The notes beneath the pieces were generated by a model. That model searched no databases and was not told where the DNA came from. It was given only the letters and a program-made list of their open reading frames with translations. This document shows positions 1 to 13,992 of a stretch of DNA of 64,000 nt, one piece after another. Source of the DNA: Ptychomitrium polyphyllum (lineage: Eukaryota); contig OZ316775.1 in the NCBI GenBank assembly GCA_973851085.1, positions 11,408,001 to 11,472,000 of the forward strand, in the 5' to 3' direction. The first letter of the stretch is position 1; each line of letters starts with the position of its first letter. The translations under genes were made by a program, and so were the position numbers.

Positions 1-840
1 TGCGGCCGAAGCAAGGCCCTTCATCAATCCATACAACTCATTGGCAGCCTTCTCGAGTTTCTCATCGAGCAGAGGGGGATACCGCAACCCTAAGTCATGA
101 TAGAGCTTGAAATTCACGAATCCAACCAGGGTCTTGTAAAACTCCAGAAAAGTTAACATGACACGGAAATCCACATCTGACGGCAAGACCTGACTTGTAG
201 AATGCGGAGTCAGCCATGTAATATTCTGCCCTCCTACTTCAGCCTGGTAGTACACCCCCTTCACCGACACAAACACTTTGCGTAGCCCTCGGACTCGAAT
301 ACAGTACGCTTGCCATTGAAGAGACAACTTGCGCGAACTTTCAATATGCTCTGGCCGAATCTTCTGGGTATTATCAGCAGGCAGCCACGCAAACAAGTGC
401 AAAACTGTAAGGGGATCGTCAAGGTCACGAAGCGCATCCACAAAAGAAGGATATCTCTCGTTGACAAGATGGTTCAGGTTCCATTCAGGCTTGTTCCCCA
501 GCAGCCGCTGCACCAAATCTAAGTTCCTCTTCGCCCGTGCTTTAGTGATCTTCTTCTCGTACGCCTTCAGCTCTCGACTCCTATTCAATAGCGGCTCATG
601 GGCCAGAAACGCAATATCCTTCATATGATAGTAAGTCTTGTTATGCCCCTCTACCTTCTTCTTCGGCTCCCGAGGATGAATCCCTTTCAGAATGCATAGA
701 CGCCGAAACTCAGGAAGCTTGATTTGCAAACGATTCAACGCCTTGTTTCGCGTAATGTACTTCGCTGCAGTGCCCTCCTTCCTCCTAGACGGAGCCAAGT
801 ACTGCTTCGACTTCGACTTCTGCTTCGTCGGTTTCGTCAT
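1..840 (-). CDS. PES1: Pescadillo/Nop7 homolog, N-terminal 280 codons (runs off the window start)
   Basis: ATG at 840 opens an uninterrupted frame: MTKPTKQKSKSKQYLAPSRRKEGTAAKYITRNKALNRLQIKLPEFRRLCILKGIHPREPKKKVEGHNKTYYHMKDIAFLAHEPLL...RYPSFVDALRDLDDPL...DVDFRVMLTFLEFY, the Pescadillo_N motifs. Missing from the ORF track because it has no stop inside the window. Confidence 0.95.
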   Translation of the reverse strand, partial: MTKPTKQKSKSKQYLAPSRRKEGTAAKYITRNKALNRLQIKLPEFRRLCILKGIHPREPKKKVEGHNKTYYHMKDIAFLAHEPLLNRSRELKAYEKKITKARAKRNLDLVQRLLGNKPEWNLNHLVNERYPSFVDALRDLDDPLTVLHLFAWLPADNTQKIRPEHIESSRKLSLQWQAYCIRVRGLRKVFVSVKGVYYQAEVGGQNITWLTPHSTSQVLPSDVDFRVMLTFLEFYKTLVGFVNFKLYHDLGLRYPPLLDEKLEKAANELYGLMKGLASAA

Positions 841-1462
841 TGGTTACTACTCTCAGAACCCACACCTAACCAAAGAATCCTAAAAATGCAAAAACATCCA
901 ACCTCAGCAACAGCCTTCGTATACAAAAAAACATCACACAAAAGTCCTAAACCTAAAAAAGTAAATCGCCTCGCACCCCAATCCATATCAAGAAGCTCAG
1001 AGACAGACTCACAGAATCTCACAGAAGCCACAACCCACAACAAAAGCCTTCAAAGGACTAGGCGTCCAGTCTCAGTAACAGCTTTCCATACCCATAAATC
1101 ATCAAATTGGAAAAACCTCGACATCTGAAAGAAAGAGCCGCCTCCTACTTCAATTCACATCGAGAAGCGTCCCAGAGCCCCACAAAGTCCCAGAGTTCCA
1201 CAGACTCTCATAGAGTTTAAGAGAATCTTGCAGAGACTCACAGCAGCCATCAAGATACCAACAAAGCAGAGACCTGATTACCAAGTGGAATTTGGGAAAG
1301 AATCGTATGAGAAAGCGGGCTTACCTTCGAGAACACAAAGAGATTCGAGGTGTGGGTGAAGAAGAGAGAGAAGTGCAAGCAAGCGGGGAGTGGCACTGCA
1401 ACGCAGTTGCAAACGAGAGGAGGCTCCTAGGCGAGGACTAGTAGTCTGACGGTGAAGTCTCT

Positions 1463-1479
1463 GGGTTTAGGGTTTAGGG
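1463..1479 (-). promoter_or_regulatory. Telo-box (AAACCCTA) repeats upstream of pescadillo
   Basis: GGGTTTAGGGTTTAGGG on + reads CCCTAAACCCTAAACCC on -, just upstream of the putative 5'UTR exon (donor AAG|GTAAG near 1324). Telo-boxes are typical of plant ribosome-biogenesis gene promoters. Confidence 0.65.
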
Positions 1480-2642
1480 CTCACAGCAATCCAGCCCTAG
1501 AACCGGATAGATAACCTTTCGTTCCGGGTATCGGACATAACCCTGCTGTGGAGCTCCACATGATAGGAAATACGGTGCATATCCACTTTTTCTCTTACTT
1601 GTTTTTGGGGAGCAAAGTATGAGAAACTAAATCATTCAAATAACATGTTCAAAAACAGGTTTTCAGATGTAGAATATTTGCATTCACAACACTCACTGAT
1701 CCTTCTTGGTGATTTTGATAACAGGCTATGATCATTACCAAATGCAATTCTGCGTCAGATGAAGCAGGGCCCAGCTCCCTTGATACCAGGGTGGCCAGTT
1801 AGCTTTGGTAAAGAATGTTCTGTATGTAATATTCAGCAGCTTCTCTGATACTCTCTGCTGGTCATCTTCAGTAAATGCAACATGGAGAATTGCTTTATAC
1901 CATCCAGGGGAACAATTACAAGTGCAAATTAGACGCTGATTTACGCTGACAAGAATTGGACCATATAATGATTTTGAGGGAACCAAAACATTTCAAGAAT
2001 CTGTGTTCTGAAGGCGATTTTTGTCCAAGGTTTTTGTGTAACACATCTTCTTCGGCATCGTTATAGTAGCTATACTCTAAAAGCTGTAAGGTCGAGTGTG
2101 TGGAGAAGACAGTAAATAGCACACAATTACCCAGACGTTTTGCACAATTCCAAGTTTTGCCAGTGCTGCGATTTATCCGAAACTCTCTTTCACGAGAATG
2201 CTACAATGGTGACGCTCAAGAAATTGTCCATTTTGTTACAACTGATGATTAACCAAACAGGACAAGCACCCAAATGGGATGATCGCTAAAGACCTAAGAC
2301 TACGAAGGAAACAGGGAAAATGCCTAAATTGCCACGTGAACAGGTTTTGGCTTTAACATCAGGAAATATCAATTTAAAACCTGAAGTCCTTGTTCTGTAC
2401 AACACCAACATCATGCTGGAAAATACATTTGGTGTGTCAGACGAACTCACTCTTGTACATGGTAGACTGTCCTAACTCCAACTACTACACAAAAAAAGTC
2501 GGACTCTACGTCCTCCATCAAACGCTTGAATTGGAATAGGTTGACAAGCTTCCATGTGTCTATTGAGGACTTCTACTGTACCTGCTTGCAAAACGAAAGT
2601 TCAACTGAAACCCACCAGCAGCAGCTGAAATGGAGGCCAAAA

Positions 2643-4682
2643 CTACCTTGCACTGCTGAAGGAGGGCACAATCAAATGGAATATGTGGAAACTCGACTTA
2701 TTGCCACTCTCCGAAAGGGCTGCATCGAAGTGTGTCCTCTTCTCTTCGTCCTCTTTGAAACCTGCCGCGTGGAATTGCTGCAACCACCAATCTCGCGTTC
2801 GCGGTTTTGTCTGTCATCAACAAGTTGAATAAGTTCAATGACACATATTTATCAATTTTATCATGAACTGTGTAAAGTGGACAAATAATTCAGATAACAA
2901 AGGACAAGTGTTCTTGTTTAGTCACTCACCAACTTTAAAGATTGTCCAGTTGTTTCCTTGTTGTCGGCCATTAAAGGCCTCCTCTTGCCTGCAAAAGTGA
3001 GAGTCAGAAACAATCTACAAGCCTCCGAGACAATGGAACCCTGAAGAGGAGCTTCAGATTGAAGATTCAAAAATCATGCTCTAGGATATAGGACAGGCTC
3101 ACACTATCAGTACATAGCTCTTCTAACAGAGGGTATGCTAAAAGCAACAACAAGAAACACAGGCGATGACCACATAAAGGGTAAAAATACACGTATAATT
3201 TCGGGTTCAGACCTTTACCCACAACCACAACAAGATTGTGTGCCGATAACCGGGAGAGTTCAGATAAAGTCGCATTCAAATCGCGCTTTTTCATAATGTC
3301 CAAAGTGTCTGTTACCAAAACAAACGAGAAAGAGCGAGAGCGATAAGGCAGAGGTTGATTGACTTCTGCAACTCGGATAAGACCCTTTCTGACCAAGCTT
3401 TGGCATATTTCATGAACAGGTGGCTTCATCCTGAGAGGCTGGATACCCCACACTTCAGAGTTACTCTCTTTCAGAAGCTTAGAGACAATGCCACAAGTCC
3501 CAGGGCCAATGTGCAATAGCCGGTGCATAGTCTTCCCATACATGTCTTGCAGAATATCTATTACCCCACATACAGATGCTGTGCATTCAGGTTTTGATGA
3601 TGCCTTGTCACCTGCGCAGGATCCGAAATGAGAATGTTATTCTCCGAATTACTAGAGAAAAAAGAACACTAGGTCTGAAGTACGTAAATTTAAAGAGTTT
3701 CGAATGATAAGCACATGCTGAAATACTGTTTACAATGTCTTACCATCCCAAACCCGAGCAGGAGCCTCCTCTACATCTTCATCAGGCGAGGCTTGTATTA
3801 TTTTTTGTTTGATCTCCACATCCTTTTTGGGGGTACTCAGGAAAACTTGAATATCACATACAAAGTTAAAGTCAGATAGCACGATGTGATTGACCTATCA
3901 AGAACTCATTCACAGATTTACTGATTAACGTAAGGACCTACGGTACTCTAGCTGAGTATTCTTCAACGAACTTACAATTTCAGATTTGAACAATCATCAC
4001 TGACATACATAAGCATAATTGCCATTATATGCATACATTGCAGGAGCTATCATATGATTTGTTCTAATCACCAATATCCAATAAGCAGTGCAATTGCTGT
4101 GCCATCATGGCCAGACATATCACACTCTCATACGTTGCATAGCAAGAGCAACGAAGGTTAAAAATTAAATTGAGAGATTTTACCTGAATCGCCATACGAA
4201 TAACCAATCAGTAGAATACCGCCCTACACAAACCACGAAAATTGTTGCACAAAAACGATTCACGAGATTTTTCGTATTTAACACATAAGTTGAAATTTGA
4301 CACAGAAGCCCAACACAGACAATATAAAGTCATCTGATCGTTACAATTCAATTCTGCAGCAAGGTGTTTTAGGAAAATCAGTGGTATACCCGATTTCACT
4401 ACACTTTGTTAGAAAACTTATCTAAATTGTTCTCTCTTCTGCTCTCCTTTAGTCATGGCCGTGGCTGTCATCACATGCTTGAGAATGAATCACTAAGCTT
4501 TCATTACAGAATAGCAATTGTAGGCCTGTAGGGAGAGGAACAGTACACACCACAAGTAGGAAGCACAAGGAAACAATAGGAGAAATTCGTGACTTGGAAG
4601 AGCCTGCTGTACTAGAGCTGAACAGTGTAGTCTCGGGCGGTCGCCTGATTGGCAACCCCGGACGGCGGGCAATGCCTGCCAT
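2643..4682 (-). CDS. CGR2/CGR3-like Golgi putative pectin methyltransferase (6 coding exons)
   Basis: Spliced: MAGIARRP...SLCFLLV|GGILLIGYSYGDS|...|..ECTASVCGVIDILQDMYGKTMHRLLHIGPGTCGIVSKLLKE...GLIRVAEVNQPLPYRSRSFSFVLVTDTLD...|GKRRPL..|TKPRTRDWWLQQF...FHIFHL..*. GT-AG junctions are in frame; type II TM segment; motifs match the Cotton-Golgi-Related family. Confidence 0.85.
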
Positions 4683-7002
4683 ATTGCCTGTGAAAACACA
4701 ACAATAATCATGTTTCATAAGAAAGGTTCCTTCACGCCATTTGTGCTCACAGGTGAATCCTACACTAGTTTCCAACAATGCCAAACACAAGCCCAACAAG
4801 AATTCGAGTGCTCCCTAACCTCTTCCGTCATAAATAACGAACGCATACGTGCACCTGTTACTCCACATTGCTTGTTCACGCTCAAAATCCAACATCAGTC
4901 ATACCAACCGGTCGATCATACGAACCAATCTTTACAAAATGCAGAGAACACAATGAGAAACGCATGACTCAACACCGTTCCGCAGTTCCCCTGGCTCCAA
5001 AACGATCACATTGCAGCATCATACGCCCCCATTACACGAAACCGCAGAGAAAAAACCACGGACACAGGTAAACCTACCCACTTAACCCTAACCCAGACAT
5101 CGCCCCGGACAAAGTAAAAGCCGCAGAGCTTCTGTAACATCGCTAACACCGACTACACAGAATGTCAACAATGCATGTAACAAAAGAGCTAGGGCTTCCT
5201 TCCATCCGAAAACATAAGAAGCTCCGAGTACGTACCCACTTAAACGAAAACCAAGCACGCCTGTGCTCTAGACGCGATTCTTCCCAGTCATGCACGCAGA
5301 ACAGGCTCCTGTGTCAGCAATCTCACACCCATAAAACTCCTCCCCTACCTCCTTTGCCTCCCCTCCTTCCCCTGATCGCCTAGAGCTTCCGCCGACGGCA
5401 CAGTGGGAACGGACACCAATCGTTGCAGTGGTCGCTTCTGGCATTCCAAAGATGTAACCTCGCAGAAAGGCTAGCGAGGATGGGCGTGTCCGAGTTGAGC
5501 TACAGCCATTGCACCTTAACGCACGCCTGTGCACAATAATGGCAAGGGTGCAGGAGCATCAAACTTCGTCCTGATGAAGTCGACAAGTCAGAACTGCTGC
5601 TGCCCTTCCGAAAAAAACAAACAGTAAGATGTGACAGACACATGAGGCGAAGTTACTCGCTCAGATGTGAAGTGAACAGTGCGCTACACAGTAGGATGCA
5701 GCTCACATGATGATGATCCGGCCATCATGGCGATGGTGGAGAGCAGCAGCCCGTGAATCATTCCACACTGCGAGACCAGCCCACAATTGAGCCGCACTGT
5801 ACACTAGGCAACACGACCTACTCAGGAGTGGGGCACTGTTTTAGTTACCAACATCAAAACACCAAACTTAACGGACATTAGACGTTCCGGTTTCACAGGG
5901 AATGAAAGTCTTAGTGAAAGTATCCTGGACAAGGATTGATTACTGTTGATGACGTTCGGAACTGTAGTACAGAATATTTCTCTTCTTATATGAAGAGGAG
6001 GCATATCTATGAATACATTAAATGTCCTTCTGTGAAAGTGTTCATCAGCGTTCCATTTGATATGTTGGAAGGACGAGAGTTCGGTTCGTTTCAGTCATGG
6101 AGGTTAAACATTCATCATGAAGTTTAAGGTCACTTCGTAGGTTTCCTTGAAGTCACAAAAGTTTTAACTCTTCCTTCCATAGGGGAAGTGTGTTGAAGTT
6201 GGAATTCTATGCCAAAATATGTAAATGAAGAACTATTTGGTTGACGAGTTGATAACTTGATTGTAGACTTTTAAACGACTGAAACTACTTCCAAGAGTTC
6301 TGAATTTGGATGTAAGGCTGGCCTCGCAGTCGAAGTCTTACTACTGGAACATAAAAACACCAGTGATATGATATAAGTTCAGAATAAGCCACGCTTGAAA
6401 TCAAAATACAGCTCGGACTGCAATGCACATATTTTGACGGTCATGAAGCAATGCATGGAAAACAGAGTGTGAAGCAGGTTATACTTTCACAAAGCTAACC
6501 CTGGTCACTTCAACACAAGCTCGTCAAGTGGAATCTGATAAAATATCTCTACATCCTAAGTAATTGCACAGCAGCACCAAATCAGAAAGCTTTTCCTCTA
6601 AGTCTCTTCTCTGTCGCCAGAAGGACGTTCCCAGAATGCAAGCGGATACTTGCAACTGGAGCTAAGATCACTTTGCAGTGCAACAAAGTACTAGGTTGTC
6701 ATGGTACAACTGTAGCACTGATAGCAAATAAGCAAAGACCATTCCCTTCCATCATCACGTGTATTCCAGCTCCATCTAACTTTGTTTCCTAAGAAGAGAA
6801 GATGCTACACACTAATTTTGGACAATGCACCCTAAACCAGTGATATTAAGCAACTACCAACATTTGCTAACAGGGTGTCTTTCACTGCTGAAGATTTAAA
6901 AACCTGTGCCTAAGCATGTGTACGAGTGTCGAGCCTGGTTAAAAATACTAAAATTACAGATGATTCATGGTAGTGAATCGGTATGGAATATTTGAAACAG
7001 CA

Positions 7003-9210
7003 CTATTGCTTCTCTCCCTTCTCTTGCTTAGCTTGGGTCTCAGAGACTGCCTCTTCCTGCGCAACCCACATCCCACCGAGGTTGAAGGTCTCAATTTCTT
7101 AGTGTTGAACTTCAATCCAGATGGGGACCATTGAAAGAAAGCTCAAATTCGACATCCAAACTCGACACTTAAGTTTCAGTATGTTTCAATGCATTTGAGT
7201 TGAATGGATGCTTCATTGCAGATAAATCAAAACGTAATGAAATGCATTGAAATGTGCCATCCATTAAACTCCAATGAGACACTCAAGTTTCAATCCAGCT
7301 GAGGAGCATTAATAGAAAGCTGGACCAGCAGCCACGCCAAGATAAAAACACAAAATCAGAGAACAATTAACGTGGAGGAAATGACTTTACCTTGATGATG
7401 TGACAGACTTGAATGATCTCATCCAAAGGCGCCCAATCACCAAAGTTTTTCTCAACAAACTGATAAGCAACGCCGCCGCTTCCTTTGCGAACAATGTAGA
7501 GACCACCCTTGATGGTGCCCTCTCCTTTTGAGTTGTATTCAATGCCGGTTTTTGTGGCGCGCTTCCAATTGAGGCGGGCGATGGGATTCAAAAGGAACCC
7601 GGTGAAGAGGTTATCTTTCATCAGTTTTCCACCTCCAAGCGCCTTGAAGAAGTCTCGCTTCTCGTCAAGAACGACCATCCCGGCCCAGTAGCGCGGCCAA
7701 AACGCCCACACTTCGTCGTCTAGATCCTCAAGCAGAACGGCAACCAACTGGATCCCCAAAGCATCGAAAATCGGCTTCCGAGCGAACAATTGATGCGCTT
7801 CGGCACGACACATCACGCACCTGGAAGGCACCACGAGGATCAGATCCTAGGGTTTCAACAAAGGGTTGTGCAAGATTTAGCAAGCGCAAATTTAATAAGG
7901 AAAATATGGCATACACAGCACATACCCAGATCGACGGATGCAGAAGAACAGAGTGGGCTGTTCTGAGAAGAGGCTAGATGCTTTGAATGTTTGAGGCTTC
8001 TTCGCGCCCTTCTTCTTCGCGTCTTTCTCAGCTCCTGGACAGACCCCATTCTTGTGATCTGGTGCAAGTAGCCGCAACGACACTTTCTCGATTGATGAAA
8101 GCTTCGTGACGTCGCCAGAGCTTGGCGCTTTCAGCAGACCGAATAAGCCTCGATTGCTGGAGCTCGCGCCGAATATACCCCTGGGTGCATTAGGTTTTGT
8201 CGCATCTATGGGCCTCAGCAACGCTGGTGGCTCGAATCCGTATTCGCTTGCATTTGCGTTTGATTCACGAGGAGTAGCTGAGGCGGACCAATCCCTTGAA
8301 TTCGCATTCGAACCACTAGGAGTAGAAGTAGAAGAATCCACAGCGCTAGAATTTCCAAATGAGGTGCCCCCGTCGCCCCAACTACCAGCCCTCAGTGGCT
8401 CAAATGGAGCCTTGCGAGACGATGAAGGAGGTCTATCCAGCGTGGATACGGATGCCGGGCTGACTGGGCTCAAAGTTCGAGAATTCGTGTAGGAGCGGCG
8501 TCGCCCCGATGGCCCTCTGGGAAGCTCAAGGTCAGGCGGCATTTGTATGCCGCACGACAGTGATGTGTCAACGAAGGTCGCAACGTGCGTCTTCCGCATC
8601 CCGAACTTCGATACAAGATCAGCAGGCTGCATACTCATCAAGTCGATAAGGCCTATTCCTGAAGCCTCCATTCTGTCCGCATACTTCATTAGCGACCTAT
8701 TGTGGAGATAGATTCGCAGTTCCAGAGCATCCTGAAAGACGGATCGTTTTGAGAGTTAGAAAATCCCGAAACCTTAGGCACCCGAGCTTTACAGTTCGAA
8801 ATGCTGATATCCATAGATTAAACAATCAATGTCCTTCCACATCATTGAGCACAGCGCAAAAATCTTAGGGTTCTGTGGCTCATGCCGACAGCCAAGCTCC
8901 AGGAATTTCGCTGGAGAAGTACTAGCAACATCTAGATTCTCGAAAATTCTGAAGATTAGTCAGCTGGTGCTTGATCCTCCACTTGCACAAGTGTTTGTGA
9001 AGGGCATACAGAGGAATTCAGTTGCACAGAAACTCACAGAATCGTTGTGGCGCTTACCCGTTCGGCGTCGGTGAGCTCGAGTGCTTCCATATCGTCAGCG
9101 CCGATCACCTTAATCGTGGGCACATCGTCCCATCCATCTTCCGCAAACTTGGGACCCAGATCCTTCAACAGCCCTCCCCCTAAGAACTCCTCCAACGAGT
9201 ACGACGCCAT
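7003..9210 (-). CDS. SAM-like N-terminus plus peroxiredoxin-like 2A (AhpC/TSA-like thioredoxin fold) protein, 4 coding exons
   Basis: MASYSLEEFLGGGLLKDLGPKFAEDGWDDVPTIK...|DALELRIYLHNRSLMKYADRMEASG...FFCIRRSG|CVMCRAEAHQL...GEGTIKGGLYIV...FVEKNFGDWAP...|EEAVSETQAKQEKGEKQ*. The CxxC motif is formed across a splice junction. Confidence 0.82.
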
Positions 9211-10986
9211 TTCCTCAACAACACAGCCTCCGTCGCAATCGCTGCCCTCAACACCAAGTCCTCAAAACTCTTCCAAGCTCAAACCATAAACACAAACAGA
9301 AAAACCTTCACACATCACCCCCAGGGCAAACTAAGTGCCAGTCCCATGTAACTACTCTCCCAATTCAAAAATCGAAACCTTACAAGATTCCGACGAAGGC
9401 TGCACCAAAACCTCCCCAGTTGTATCAATACGTGAACGATACACCAACACCCACAACAGTGCTACACTGCACAAATTCCGCTCAACAACCTGGAATCCCG
9501 CTGCTGCAACAGCCTGGCTGCGCAATCATTCCCCCAAAAATCGCCACTTGAGCCTGCACGCTATTATAAGCCCAGTAGGCGATGAAGACGGAGTGTAATT
9601 CGAGATATGCTCGCGCCCGTCGCGCGCCATAGATGCTCCTTTCCACCCTAATTCTGTTCAGTCGCCACAGCGACCGCGAAGCATCATGACCTGAGCCGCC
9701 GGCATGACTACACATGCGGTTTGCACTTCAGTTCTCTGGGGCCCATGGGATTGGTGTGAGTGAAGTGTGAGACTCCGCGTGAGTCGATAAATTCCTCAAC
9801 GCTCCAGTAAAATTTCTTCGCACCGTGCAGCTTAATAGCAGGAGATTAAGTCAAAACAGGCTGCTCATGGGCACTGCTCACTGCAGAAGGGGCGAGAAGG
9901 TTTGTTAATGGACTCATTGTTGGGATTGAAGCGGAGCTGCTGCTGCTACTTGCCTAGGATGTTTCGCACTCGCAATCCGTGATCCGTGATCACACGTTAT
10001 CCGTAATCACGTGCAGCTCCGTTTCCATGTTCCGATTCGCTTTGCTGAAGAGCATGACATCGCCCCGTAGCAATCAGACATGAAAACTCAACATAAGTTG
10101 GGTGAAATCAGAATATGAGGTGAAATGCAGCCAAAGGTTTCTGAAATCCTAAACCCTAGGCATTAGCTAGGGTAAAACTACAGGCCCTGGTGAAGTCTCC
10201 ACTATCTGGGGTAGTGAAGATGAGTTTCTCTTGCTTAAAGAGTAGAATCTGGCTAGTGAGTTATCCCTAGAACGGAGATGCAGTTACAGAACAGGTGCAG
10301 CGAGGAGAGCTGCATCTGCGCCAATTATTACCGACAGGCTAGGGTTGGTGAAAGCCCATGCTGAAGCCCATGTCTTCACTGGATCCCCACCGCAATCCAC
10401 GATGCTCTTATGGCAAAAGGCGATGGAAGACACCAGTTCAGATCGATGTCTAATAAAGTATCATCTTTCGTGGTCAAGTAAACCACTCAGCATTCTGCAC
10501 GAGCAGAGATTGGATCCGAAGCTATGAATCCAGACTTTATCTACAAGTCAACGTCTTCCAAGTTCAATGCAGTCCAACCGATATAGACAGGTGAGAGGGT
10601 CACGGCATAGTGCACGTGAGGTGACCGCAAGCAAGGGTGACAGCAAACTACCTCAACTATCCAAAACGTTGCGGCATTGAATTCCACTCAAGCAACCAAA
10701 ATGATGTGAACTATGATTGACACCGTTATACAACGCTGACGCTCCTGCAAGGCTAAATGAGCGAAGTGTGGGGCCCTCAAGGTACTGTTCCGTACAGTGA
10801 AGGTATTACCAAGGAATTCTGGGGTGTGGAGAAAGCACTAGGAGGTTGAGGTACCGGTTTGGAATGACGTCAATCATTCGGTGAGAACATGGAAACATGA
10901 TATTAAGTGAAATGCTTGATTCAGTCAATTAATCCTAAAGAATGAAATTTACAAAGTGGAGCGATGACAGTGTAACTGTTTAATAA

Positions 10987-12891
10987 TCAAAGCGACATCA
11001 TGATATTCATGAACTTCCTCTTTGCAAATGCCAGCCACCACTTATTGGGTGTGCCGTTTTGACGGTATGCTTTCTCCATCAATCTTCCGCTAGTCTCTTC
11101 TCTCACTTGCTTAAAGTAGTTCCGCAACAAGTCTGCACATTCACAACCCCAGTTAGCCCATACACACTGCTGCATTCTTTCACACAGAAGCAGAAACTTA
11201 ACACATTAAGTGTTAGGTTTTGATTACAATATGGTAGTCCAATCTATCGGAAAAGATTTTCACTCTTCACTGTTGAAAGATTTCCCTGAACACTAAAGCA
11301 CTAGTAAATGATGAAACTTAACTACCTCCTTCATCCTTTGTCTGTGGTGCAGTAAACAGGCCTCCTAACGGAAACCCAGGTTCACCAGAAATCGGAAACT
11401 TCTCCAACCCAAGGTTAATGATGGCCTTCACACCGTCAGCCTCTGTTTTGCATGCTTCAATCCGCTTGAGGGCCATGTTGATGTAGAGGGTCAAGTAGAC
11501 AAGCAACTTATCTGCAGGACCTTTGACTTCGAACTTTCTAAAGAGGACATTAGCCCGGAAGAAGTTGATAGCCTCATCAATAATGTCCGTACTACCTGGT
11601 CGCAAACATCATACACGTGTTCCCTAAAAGCTCAGTAAACCTTCCAACATGTCCCTGCGAAGCATACAAGCACCTGGCATACAATAACTCCACTCAACGA
11701 ACGACGAATGAGCTGGAGCAAAATGGAAAAAAGTCATGAAGCTGCGGATGTTGCACAACCTTAGTTGCAAGGATGTACCTGGTTCAGCAGTGGGAGCAGG
11801 TCCACTGATATGGCTTTTTAGAGGAAGCAATGGACAACTGCATGCTTGTTGCGTCTCTAGATCAACTTCAACTGATGAATAATAGACCTGCAAAATGAAG
11901 TGCATGGAAAGATAATTTGCGTATTCAAAGATCCTGACTAGATAGACGATCACCTCGACGTGATGACCAAGAAATCCAAATAATGCACATAGACAGGAGA
12001 ATTCTGACTAGATAACTCCGGTGATCTACATTCAACTTCCGTTTAAGAGTACCGAAACATTCACTACTATGTCGTGCCACTGTGTCACCGTCCTTATCGT
12101 CCAATGCGGGGACGAGTTTGTGTGTGCCTACTTCCCACGATCAAGCTGAAAAGAGAACTCAGGGAAGTATTGAAAGCAGATCACCTCACTCTAGGGTAGG
12201 AAAGACACCTAGAATGCGAAAGACTATTGCATAGCCTTTATGTATATATATCTCTGCGGCATTCAATTCTCACATAGGGCGAACACGACCTGCCGAGTAT
12301 TTCTATCGGCAGGTGGAAATGGCTTTTTCTAAGAAAGCAAATCCTTCTGTCTTTAAATTGGACGATCAAAGTTTAGAGCACGACTCCGTGAGATTTAACT
12401 TCAAACAACTGGAATATCGTTCGTATTTGCAGACCTAATTAGAGATGCTAAGAGTGCACCCACAAGAATACATCTCGAGGGGGAACTGGTTAACAAATTA
12501 CAGAACCATTTTTTCAGAGACAACGGAGATACACAACACATGAAGATAATTACAATAATTATAACGAACGTCGCGATTCCGAAAACGGTGCCCAAAGGCC
12601 TCACAGAGCGTAAAACCATTCCAACAAAAACAGACCCAAAGCAGCTCCGAGTCACTCTCCAAACGCATTCAGAGATGAACAAGAAAGCAAGCCTAAGCGA
12701 AAAGCCCGCACAAAAACTGAACTATCAAATCCAGCCCACGAAGAACCCCACATCCTGGGGCCGGAACTCCATCACTTCCAATCGCGAAAGAATTCTGAAA
12801 AGCAGCACCAATTATCCGGATCTTCACTGAATCAGACCCCGGAGATACAGGAATAGCCACAAAATCGTAGAGATCAGATAAATCTGACCAT
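10987..12891 (-). CDS. ARPC3: Actin-related protein 2/3 complex subunit 3 (p21-Arc)
   Basis: VYYSS...PLLPLKSHISGPAP|..DIIDEAINFFRANVLFRKFEVKGPADKLLVYLTLYI...PGFPLGGLF|DLLRNYFKQVREETSGRL...NKWWLAFAKRKFMN*. The start ATG is inferred to sit alone at the end of an upstream exon (ATG|GTCAGA at 12891-12889). Confidence 0.95.
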
Positions 12892-13992
12892 CTTGAGAAG
12901 GAAATTGAGGTGCAGGAGGCTCCAATCATGCGCAAGTGACAACCTCCGCTCCCACACTTCAACGCCACTCTTCTCTCGCACTACGAAGACTTGTTCTCTT
13001 GACAACTGATCGCCACACTCCGCTTCGCGTTTACCTGTAATAAAGGAAGAAATGAATGAAATGTGCGACATTGTATGGTTGAGCTCGGGATGAATGGTCG
13101 TCTATGCAAGTCCTTGTGCGTGATGATTATCCTAGTCCGGACTGCTTGGCCGGCCGACTGATTGATGTACCACTCGCATTCATGGGTGGGCGTAATCGAC
13201 ATGCGGAAGCGCCCATTTTCGATGTGTTGTACAGATCGAATCTTGGTCGAAAGCCTGGCATGAAAGTTGCAGTTTGGATGGTACGTTGACAGGAAAGGCA
13301 TTGTCTACCTAATCAAGTACTGTCGAGTTAAAGCGGCATTGTGGAGTGAAGACATTGGAGAGACATGGCAGAGATGCGAGCACTGAAAAGCTGAGAAAAC
13401 TCCTCATTTCTGAAGATATTGGTGCAGGTGACTAGAGAATTTGGTACTAGCTGCTCACTGACTTATGCTTTTACTGAATATCATTGCTTCCATATCGCCC
13501 TAACTCATGATGGAAGGGAACCCCTAACTCTCACGGAAACGTCTCTAGATACAATGAACAACACCACATGCATGTTTCTGCTTGTAGGGATCACATTCTA
13601 GCACCTAACCCTGCGAGTCGTCGACGTCGCTGAAAGATTCTGTGGCGCTTATAAACGATTCTGGCTCACTTGATGACTATCTGTGCTTTCTGCGTGGTAC
13701 ATGATTGCCTTGCGCAGAAACTCAGTGGTGCAATCCTTCTGATCAGCGTCTCTCCTGTATCTACAGTGACCTGCCGGCTGCTTGGATACCATGTTCTAGG
13801 GGCCGTTCCAATAAGTTGCGACGCTCCAGCATAGTGCATTCGTGGGAGCGGTGGGCTTTCGCATGGAGGCGTGCTTGATTGCATCCATTTGCTTCAACCG
13901 AAGTGCAGCAAGCACGCTCACAGCGACACCCTTCCCAGGTGCAGCTTGTGTTGGTCATCGCAACCTCAACACTCCATCTCATCTTTCCGTCG

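Noticed and set aside
990..1110. Possible C/D-box snoRNA in the pescadillo leader region
   Set aside because: Imperfect box C, no terminal stem and no recognisable rRNA guide.
1735..2122. Two minus-strand ORFs as a possible pseudogene
   Set aside because: No family recognised and no coherent splice model found.
13104..13289. 61-aa protein-looking ORF upstream of ARPC3
   Set aside because: No homology recalled and no supporting gene structure; lies in the promoter region.
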